A stretch of 45,082 nucleotides of DNA from Bacilli bacterium (GTDB taxonomy: Bacteria > Bacillota_I > Bacilli_A > RF39 > UBA660): assembly GCA_028703035.1 (NCBI GenBank), contig JAQVNR010000002.1:1-45082 (forward strand), in the 5' to 3' direction. Made by a program: the position numbers and the translations under genes. The notes under the pieces are model-generated. The model had not been told where the DNA came from. It saw nothing but the letters and a program-made list of their open reading frames with translations, and made no database searches. Within the stretch, counting starts at the first letter, position 1. The number at the start of each line of letters is the position of its first letter. This document shows, one piece after another, positions 39,108 through 45,082 of the stretch.

Positions 39108-39730
39108 ATTAATAACCTCCTTATAAAGTTTTTTTGAAAAGTCATGGCTTATTATAAATTAATTTTACGGCTTTGGTCGAGTTGAATTTCTCTTATTTTT
39201 ATCCGATTTCGGTTACCCTCAGGCGATTTCTCTTTAAAAAAACAAACTATTAGTTACCTTATTAGCGACTCGATTGCCACATAGTCCGCACTACAATCTT
39301 TATAACAAATACACGCTAGAGATTTTCTCTGACACAACTAACCTATTCTTATTCGCTTTTGCAAGTACAATTTCATAATTTTTATTCATTATCTTTTCAT
39401 AATCAAATTAATTCCGAGTACCCACTCACGACATGAAGTTAAATTTTTTTAGCGACGTAGCTAGAGGGTGTTCGGCTGTATGCCATTACAGCTTTCCCTA
39501 AAGCTTTAAATTATATATTCACCCTAACTTGGGCAGATAAAGCAAATATATAAAGTGTCTAATGCTTTCAATTAATGGATTTTTAGCCCCATCTTCAAAT
39601 AGTGTTTGTGACTAGCATAATGCCCCATGACAAGAATTATAGCAAAAAATAGTGATTTTGTCTAGTATGAAATGCTTCATACTACAATATTATATGCAAG
39701 CAGTTTAAAATTTAGTATATTTGTTTTCCC

Positions 39731-39760
39731 TTGATAAACACAGTATGGGTGTGCTATAAT
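39731..39760 (+). promoter_or_regulatory. Sigma-A promoter heading the tRNA-Trp locus
   Basis: TTGATA (39731-39736), 18-nt spacer ending TGC, TATAAT (39755-39760). Confidence 0.55.
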
Positions 39761-39784
39761 TTATTTGCTTGAAAAAGCAGTCAA

Positions 39785-39821
39785 AGGGGTATGGTCTAAT
39801 GGCATGATGACGGTCTCCAAA
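39785..39821 (+). pseudogene. Decayed 5' half of tRNA-Trp (remnant 1)
   Basis: AGGGGTATGGTCTAATGGCATGATGACGGTCTCCAAA aligns with tRNA positions 1-37. Similarity stops after the anticodon loop, and there is no 3' half. Confidence 0.7.
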
Positions 39822-39918
39822 TTAGGAAGTACCATATTATAGATTAAATAAATATATATTTATTTAAGTAAGAAAATAAGGAATTTTTAATTAAAGAGTG
39901 CATCTATAAGTTAATTAT

Positions 39919-39955
39919 AGGGGCATAGTTAAATGGTATAATAATGGTCTCCAAA
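39919..39955 (+). pseudogene. Decayed 5' half of tRNA-Trp (remnant 2)
   Basis: AGGGGCATAGTTAAATGGTATAATAATGGTCTCCAAA has the same end point as remnant 1. Confidence 0.7.
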
Positions 39956-40067
39956 TTATATCACTAGGTAGAATAAAAGATATACTATTTATATAAATAG
40001 TATAAGAGTTCAAAGCCTTTAAAATAAAGGAATTGCAAGAATATTTAGAGAATTAATTTTTAGTTAT

Positions 40068-40141
40068 AGGGGTATAGTTCAATGGTAGAATAACGGTCTC
40101 CAAAACCGCTGATGCGAGTTCAATTCTTGCTACCCCTGCCA
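40068..40141 (+). tRNA. tRNA-Trp (anticodon CCA), CCA-encoded
   Basis: Folds by hand. Acceptor AGGGGTA/TACCCCT, D arm GTTC-AATGGTA-GAAT, anticodon loop CTCCAAA, T arm GCGAG-TTCAATT-CTTGC, discriminator G plus CCA. Confidence 0.9.
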
Positions 40142-40334
40142 TAATGTCAATGAAAGCTAGGTAGTTCCTAGCTTTTTTCAATGTTATATTGGGTAGTAGC
40201 TTTTGTCCATAGACCACCATTCCCCTAGCCGAGTCCATCCACTAGGTCTATGAACAAAACTCCACTTTGAATATCTTGCGGTTTGCTATTAATTTTCCTG
40301 CCTATTTATCAAAATTGAAAGGAGAGATTAAATT

Positions 40335-41384
40335 ATGGCAAGTTCTATTAGTCAAAACGCTATTAACGAATTGACAAACTTTTTAACCAATTTTGCTACA
40401 CCAGAATTGGAAAACCGCAAGAAGATAGAAAATCTATCTTTTGATACTGCGAAGTCTTACTTTTTTGAAAACATGAAAGAAAGGAGGCTGGCGGAAGAAA
40501 CTTTTAGCTTTTATAATTCGCAACTAAGATCATTTGAGAAATATCTTATTCTGATAAAGAAGAAAAATGCACTTAACGAATTAACCGAAAGTGAAATTAA
40601 GTATTATTTGAATAATAAGTACTCTAAGCATAATGTCTACACTCAAAATTGCCACATTAGGGCAATTCGTGCATTTTTCAATTACTTAGAAAAAGATGGT
40701 TATATAACCGCCAACCCAGTTTCCCATTTAAAAGTTCTTAAACAACCTAAACAAAAGATAGATTATCTATCAATAGACCAGATACGAAAACTACTTACCA
40801 GTTTTGATTTACGGAAGAAAAGCGAAATCAGAAACTTATTAATTATAATGCTGCTTTTAGATACTGGAGTTCGTATTAAAGAATTATGTAATATAAAAAT
40901 TGAAGATATTGATTTCGCTAATCGTAGTATTTATGTTTATGCTACTAAGACTCATACTTTTCGTACTGTCTATTATTCAAAAGAAACTGAAGCGATAGTA
41001 AATATTTATCGTAATGAAATTTTAAGGTCTAAAGAAAATGGACCACTGCTTTTAAAGTTTCACGCATATTTAGATATTCCATTGGATGAAGCATTACCAA
41101 AAGAAAGAGCTCAAAACTGGATAAATAAAAAAGGTAAAAAGCTATTCGGAAAAGATTTTAGGCTTCATCCACATAAATTTAGACACACTTTTGCTACTCA
41201 TTATATAATAAATGGCGGTGATCCGTTTTCTTTAAAAGATTTATTAGGCCATACTAACATTGAAACAACTAACATCTATGTAGATATGACACAAAAAGAC
41301 CTTAAAATTAAACACAATGAACATGGAATATTTGCTTCTGTTTCTAATGTGGAGCAAAAAACAGGAGATAATTATGAAGATTAA
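40335..41384 (+). CDS. Tyrosine recombinase/phage-type integrase
   Basis: LLLDTGVRIKEL (Arg I), HKFRHTFAT (HxxR) and LLGHTNIETTNIYV (His, Tyr). Located 194 nt downstream of the tRNA. Confidence 0.85.
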   Translation: MASSISQNAINELTNFLTNFATPELENRKKIENLSFDTAKSYFFENMKERRLAEETFSFYNSQLRSFEKYLILIKKKNALNELTESEIKYYLNNKYSKHNVYTQNCHIRAIRAFFNYLEKDGYITANPVSHLKVLKQPKQKIDYLSIDQIRKLLTSFDLRKKSEIRNLLIIMLLLDTGVRIKELCNIKIEDIDFANRSIYVYATKTHTFRTVYYSKETEAIVNIYRNEILRSKENGPLLLKFHAYLDIPLDEALPKERAQNWINKKGKKLFGKDFRLHPHKFRHTFATHYIINGGDPFSLKDLLGHTNIETTNIYVDMTQKDLKIKHNEHGIFASVSNVEQKTGDNYED

Positions 41385-41562
41385 AGCCACTAAAAGAAGG
41401 ATGACAATTTGCAGTGCCGATACAAATAAATCATTATTAATTATAAAAGGAAAGTGGTTTCGTAATTGCGGCTTTAATCCCGGAGATATGGTCGAATTAT
41501 CTACCACAAAATCTGGTAAATTAATAATTACTAATAAAGGTAGCAAATATCATCAAAATTGA
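41374..41562 (+). CDS. SymE/SpoVT-AbrB-like small protein (SymE-family toxin-like)
   Basis: LLIIKGKWFRNCGFNPGDMVELSTTKSGKLIIT parallels E. coli SymE [31 protein letters not shown]. ATG 41374 is preceded by AGGAG and overlaps the integrase stop. Confidence 0.55.
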   Translation: MKIKATKRRMTICSADTNKSLLIIKGKWFRNCGFNPGDMVELSTTKSGKLIITNKGSKYHQN

Positions 41563-41594
41563 GAAAGCAGAATTTAAAATAATATAAACCAAAG

Positions 41595-41648
41595 AAAAAA
41601 ACAAAAAGGTTTTTGCTCTCCAGAAGCAAGAAATATTTTTGTTTTTTT
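41595..41648. terminator. Putative bidirectional terminator (A-tract/T-tract long hairpin with inner TTGCT...AGCAA stem)
   Basis: aaaaaaacaaaaa...ttgct-ctccaga-agcaa...tttttgttttttt. Confidence 0.4.
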
Positions 41649-41722
41649 AATTAAATACTAAGTGATAATTCTGTTACTCTATTTATTATTTTGTGGCAAA
41701 TAAAATTCTCCTGTTTTTTTGG

Positions 41723-41752
41723 AGAATTGAACTCGCATCAGCGGTTTTGGAG
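41723..41752 (-). repeat. Perfect 30-bp inverted copy of tRNA-Trp positions 40098-40127 (anticodon loop to T-loop)
   Basis: agaattgaactcgcatcagcggttttggag is the exact reverse complement of ctccaaaaccgctgatgcgagttcaattct. The flanking bases mismatch on both sides. Confidence 0.9.
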
Positions 41753-41921
41753 CGTAAGCCTCGCGCTATTTTATTTTGTTAAAAAGTGCTACAATCCCTT
41801 TAATTTTGAGGGTTTGCTTATTTAATTTTATTTTCTAAAAAGGTGGAATAATCCCACTTATTTAGAATTATCCCACCAAAAACCCACTTTTATTATAAAT
41901 TTAATGGAAGAGCAAGGATAA

Positions 41922-42131
41922 TTATCCTAAATTATTATTTGTGCTTGGATCAGGATTTGAAACAGGAGTTTCTTTTCCCTTGATAACTCTTATATGGTAA
42001 TTTTCATAATTTCCTTTTTTGATTTCTTTTACAAAATCAGAAGCTTTCATTATGTTTTTATTGTAATTATCTCTAAAAAGTTCATTTCTACCCTTAGAAC
42101 CTTCTTTAATTACACTAACTCGTTTTGCCAT
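41922..42131 (-). CDS. Small DUF3892-like protein
   Basis: 69 aa. GGAGG RBS. The C-terminal ...VSNPDPSTNNNLG resembles the ...D....NNL tail I recall for DUF3892. Confidence 0.4.
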   Translation of the reverse strand: MAKRVSVIKEGSKGRNELFRDNYNKNIMKASDFVKEIKKGNYENYHIRVIKGKETPVSNPDPSTNNNLG

Positions 42132-42198
42132 ATTATCACCTCCGTGTTGCGGAAGTCATGTTGATTTACGCAAACGGGGAGAAGATTAATTAATTTTA

Positions 42199-42292
42199 TT
42201 GATCTTCCACTCATTTGTTTGTTATACTATTAGTGTCTGTGGAGACAATATTTAATATGACGATCAAACATAACTTCCGTTATGTTTTTTTG
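42199..42292 (+). ncRNA. Candidate ~60-nt plus-strand small RNA (promoter plus terminator only)
   Basis: TTGATC (42199-42204), 18-nt spacer, TATACT (42223-42228). Then a GTCT-gtgg-AGAC hairpin, followed by the ACATAAC-ttcc-GTTATGT hairpin and T7 (42268-42292). It would be antisense to the upstream part of the leader of 41922..42131, if that leader starts right of about 42292. Confidence 0.3.
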
Positions 42293-42379
42293 TTCTTTTT
42301 TGTTGGTATTTGCACTACTCTTCCATCTTTACCAACAAAGACATTATATCACATATAGTTTACAATTTTAGATTGTTAA

Positions 42380-43195
42380 CTATTTTTTTAAAGCATTTAA
42401 ATTACCTTTATGCACTTCTAAAAATACTCTTTCAAGTTCTTTATAAATGATATTAGATAATTTATCACTTTCTAAAACTTCAAGAATTCTAACACTGCCA
42501 TATAAAGAAATATATTTTGTGATATAAGTATAAATATTATGATTGTTTTCTCCCGTTTCGCACTTTTTAAAAGTTTCATGATATTTTTCATTTTTATAAT
42601 ATTTGTCGAACAATTTTTTTTCAGCCTTAATTGCACTTATTACTATATGTCTATTATTACTTCTCCATGTTAGATTTCTAATTCTTTCTATTTTTTCAAA
42701 AACAAATCTTGTCAGCTCGTACTTATCTTCTCTTGATTCATCAATTGTAAATTCTGTCCAAAAATAACTTCTTGAGTGAGGGCTGAAAAACAAAGATCTT
42801 CTCTTACCTCTTGTAAAAATCCACGTACCTGCAAAAGTTGTTTCCTTTTTTAAAGGCATTGATTGTATTGTAGCTCTATAACACTTTTCTAAGTTTATCC
42901 AAACCCAAAATCTTTCATCTGTTAATACATATCTGGGTAATTGCTTTAACGATTCATACAATATAATCGCATTTTCCGTTTCAACCTTTGAATAATCACC
43001 AGTAACATCAACTTTTAATTGAAAGTTTATGATTTTGTTTTTTCTCGCTTCAAAAATTTTACCGGAAATCATTTTTTGTAACCACTTGGAATCAAGAGGG
43101 TTCTGTCTTATGAATTCAGTTGCTTTATTATGGTTTTCATGTAAAGAATTAACTGTTTCGTCAGTAGCGAAAAAAACATTTATACTATCTTCCAT
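42380..43195 (-). CDS. Hypothetical protein, third gene of three-ORF operon
   Basis: 271 aa. Its start is 1 nt after the stop of the preceding ORF. Trp-rich segment ERFWVWINLEK and basic TRGKRRSLFFSPHSRSYFW. No catalytic motif recognised. Confidence 0.6.
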   Translation of the reverse strand: MEDSINVFFATDETVNSLHENHNKATEFIRQNPLDSKWLQKMISGKIFEARKNKIINFQLKVDVTGDYSKVETENAIILYESLKQLPRYVLTDERFWVWINLEKCYRATIQSMPLKKETTFAGTWIFTRGKRRSLFFSPHSRSYFWTEFTIDESREDKYELTRFVFEKIERIRNLTWRSNNRHIVISAIKAEKKLFDKYYKNEKYHETFKKCETGENNHNIYTYITKYISLYGSVRILEVLESDKLSNIIYKELERVFLEVHKGNLNALKK

Positions 43196-43196
43196 C

Positions 43197-44111
43197 TTAT
43201 TCCTCCTCCATTATTTCTTCTCTATTTTCAGTTACAATATTTTTAAAATCAGTAATAGCTTTTGTTACACAGTTATTAATTATTTTTTGAGAAAATGAAA
43301 GTATATCTAATTGTAAAAAGGAACTTTGCTCTAATTCTTTTCCGTACAAATTACTATAAGCTTTTTGGATGGCACCAAACCATATATATTGTTCTCTTAT
43401 TTCTTCTAATGTTCTATCTTTCATTTCTGTCTCTCTTTGAATATTATTTAAACAAATACTCAAGGCAGGAATGACTATTATAGAAAAAAATATATTCATA
43501 AAATTATCATGATATTTTAATTTGTCATAGAAATTAAACTCTTTTTCTGGCAAAGTTATTCTTATTTTTCTTTCCTCTGCAACCACTTTCATTGTGTCCA
43601 GTTTTTCATCCAAACTTTTAATGACTAAAAAAATTGAAGAGACCTTCTTGTCAACCGAATCATCATATTCTACATTAAAAACAAAACCATCATCAATTGC
43701 TAATATATTTGATTCTTCAAAAGAAAATTTATAACCATTATAATCTTCCAATAAATCATAGTTCGTATAATCTTCTATGTTTTTATTTGAATACACCAAG
43801 CTAGAAATTTCAACTCGACCATTTAAATTTTTTAAAGGGATAACGATATCTTTTGGTTCAAACGAAATTTTTTCTATGTGTTTATAGATTGTTGATGAAC
43901 ACTCCACTATAACAACTGCATTTAAAGTGTCATTTAGGATCATATTTTTTAAATCACCATTGTTTGTTTCAATGTGTACGTTTTTCAAAATATAATTATC
44001 CTTTGTTTCTTCATCAATATATTCCAAAGAATAATTTGAACTTTTATAACAGTTATAATTTTCAGCATTGTTCAAAATCGGATATGGAAATAATCGCTTA
44101 CCTATTTGCAT
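43197..44111 (-). CDS. Hypothetical protein, second gene of three-ORF operon
   Basis: 304 aa. N-terminus MQIGKRLFPYPIL. Hydrophobic helix NIFFSIIVIPALSICL. Overlaps the upstream ORF by 14 nt. Confidence 0.6.
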   Translation of the reverse strand: MQIGKRLFPYPILNNAENYNCYKSSNYSLEYIDEETKDNYILKNVHIETNNGDLKNMILNDTLNAVVIVECSSTIYKHIEKISFEPKDIVIPLKNLNGRVEISSLVYSNKNIEDYTNYDLLEDYNGYKFSFEESNILAIDDGFVFNVEYDDSVDKKVSSIFLVIKSLDEKLDTMKVVAEERKIRITLPEKEFNFYDKLKYHDNFMNIFFSIIVIPALSICLNNIQRETEMKDRTLEEIREQYIWFGAIQKAYSNLYGKELEQSSFLQLDILSFSQKIINNCVTKAITDFKNIVTENREEIMEEE

Positions 44112-44814
44112 ACATTTTCACCTCACAAGCATAAAAATCTAATAGATCAGTATCTAAATCAAAGATGTACTTTTTATTTCTTTCGATTTTAAATCCCCTT
44201 ATCACATTATTTGAAATTTTATAGTCGATATTATTTATAGTACATTTTGATATATTTGGAATATATTTGTTGCCATTATTATCTAAATAGAATAATTCTA
44301 AGTCACAGTTGGTTTCATCATAAATCGAATTAAAAATAATCAAATACTTACCTTTAGATTTGTCGGGCACTAAAATTCTATATTTTATACCACTTAACTG
44401 CACTTTTTTCATTATGTCTTTTTCGCCATCTGATGAATATCCAGTCGATTTGTCTGCTTCATGAAATTCGCCATCATTACTGTTATTAGTTCCTTCTGGC
44501 ATGATTCCTTCTTCGTTATCTTCAATAAAATCACCAACATCAGGAGATAGAGAATTATTCCCTTCTTGTGAATCTTCTCCCAATTTATTCTTAAGCTCGA
44601 CTTTCCTTTTTGAGTTTATTTTAGGTTTTTCTTCAGTATTTTTATCAGTTAGATCGGTTGAGGCTTCACCAAGTTCCTGATCCGGCAAATACTCACCAAT
44701 TTGGATATCTGGTACTATGCATAATATATACTCAATTGGGAGCACAGCTTCTAATGATTGCATATATATCGGCACCAGTTTCAATATGAGTAGAGGAGTT
44801 AAAGCTCCCTTCAA
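44098..44814 (-). CDS. Hypothetical protein, first gene of three-ORF operon (start uncertain, possibly 5'-truncated)
   Basis: 238 aa. About 100 aa of D/E/N/S/K-rich low-complexity sequence are followed by a compact C-terminal domain (MKKVQLSGIKYRILVPDK...). An alternative ATG lies at 44763. The extreme 5' end overlaps the antisense methyltransferase remnant. Confidence 0.5.
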   Translation of the reverse strand: MKGALTPLLILKLVPIYMQSLEAVLPIEYILCIVPDIQIGEYLPDQELGEASTDLTDKNTEEKPKINSKRKVELKNKLGEDSQEGNNSLSPDVGDFIEDNEEGIMPEGTNNSNDGEFHEADKSTGYSSDGEKDIMKKVQLSGIKYRILVPDKSKGKYLIIFNSIYDETNCDLELFYLDNNGNKYIPNISKCTINNIDYKISNNVIRGFKIERNKKYIFDLDTDLLDFYACEVKMYANR

Positions 44815-44963
44815 ATCTTATGAAGGAAGAAAATATAAAGACAAACGATGGTAAACAAATGAAAGATGTTTGGGAGTCTTCGTTGACCAAACCGAGTGAA
44901 AAGAAACATGGCAAACATCCAACTCAAAAACCCGTGTTTTTACTTGAAAGAATTATGATATAA
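44681..44963 (+). pseudogene. Internal fragment of an N6/N4 DNA methyltransferase, frameshifted and truncated
   Basis: 44790-44963 reads ...DGKQMKDVWESSLTKPSEKKHGKHPTQKPVFLLERIMI*. This carries the HPTQKP...L.ERI motif that normally precedes the DPFxGSGTT SAM motif, which is missing here. Upstream, ...FNMSRGVKAPFKSYEGRKYKDK is in another frame. Confidence 0.55.
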
Positions 44964-44972
44964 GAACTCAAA

Positions 44973-45082
44973 ACATCCAACCTGACCACCCAACCTCAAA
45001 AATTTCCCCAAAAACATCTAACCTGACCACTCACGAATGCTGACATCTAACTCGACCACTCGCGGGGCTATAACATCTAACC
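44973..45082 (+). repeat. Array of four direct copies of a ~19-nt motif ACATC(C/T)AAC(C/T)(T/C)GACCAC(C/T)C, cut by the window end
   Basis: Copies at 44973-44991, 45014-45032, 45043-45061 and 45073-45082 (truncated). Spacing is 41/29/30 nt. The array starts 10 nt after the truncated methyltransferase reading frame ends. Confidence 0.8.

Noticed and set aside
39108-39560. M-box riboswitch or tmRNA
   Set aside because: Only short word matches were found. The M-box P3-P6 region is missing and the motif order is wrong. There is no tRNA-like 3' end or plausible tag ORF for tmRNA.
40053-40238. 61-aa minus-strand ORF in the supplied track
   Set aside because: It is antisense to, and fully spans, the well-folding tRNA-Trp gene. 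It has no RBS and its composition is dictated by the tRNA.
41244-41546. 100-aa minus-strand ORF antisense to the integrase 3' end and the SymE-like gene
   Set aside because: It has no RBS and a hydrophobic low-complexity translation. Both sense-strand genes have recognisable motifs.
43029-43298. 89-aa plus-strand ORF spanning the junction of operon ORF2/ORF3
   Set aside because: It is antisense to two tightly coupled genes. It has no RBS and the composition of an AT-rich antisense frame.
44732-44914. 60-aa minus-strand ORF
   Set aside because: It is antisense to the methyltransferase fragment carrying the HPTQKP motif. No supporting signals were found.
44973-45082. CRISPR array
   Set aside because: The repeats are only ~19 nt, the intervening segments are only 10-22 nt and irregular, the copies are imperfect, and no cas genes are in view.

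Overview
Strongly AT-rich chromosomal segment of an endospore-forming Firmicute; no species call is possible. All calls rest on reading the sequence and ORF translations by eye, and no searches were run. Up to about 39 kb the window is mostly minus-strand housekeeping, sporulation and envelope genes. These are a partial large secreted repeat protein (2-2035), spoIIAA-sigF-spoVAC-spoVAD-spoVAE, rnj, a ZIP transporter, rluB, dacB-spmA-spmB, prepilin peptidase plus a PilC-like platform protein, Fic, a phosphohexomutase, gpmI, a pseudopilin, cdaA-cdaR, a DUF3048-like protein, a GT2 glycosyltransferase, an [FeFe]-hydrogenase-like protein, a glucosaminidase, uppP, PAP2, a transglutaminase-like protein and a fused MacB-type ABC transporter. 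Several decayed genes are interspersed, some of them in locally GC-richer, ORF-free patches: a KsgA/Erm-like methyltransferase with a frameshift, an AAA/DUF4143 ATPase with one in-frame TAA, a TnpB remnant, a SWIM fragment and a DNA methyltransferase remnant. From about 39.7 kb the window enters an accessory region. It starts with a tRNA-Trp integration hotspot: two decayed 5' tRNA halves, the intact tRNA-Trp, a tyrosine integrase, a SymE-like toxin, and a perfect 30-bp inverted copy of the tRNA core. Next come a DUF3892-like gene with a structured leader and a tightly coupled three-ORF operon with no domains I can recognise, which is the best candidate for an undescribed defence/conflict system. 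The region ends with a truncated N6/N4 DNA methyltransferase and, at the window edge, an array of ~19-nt direct repeats resembling the multi-site end of another mobile element.
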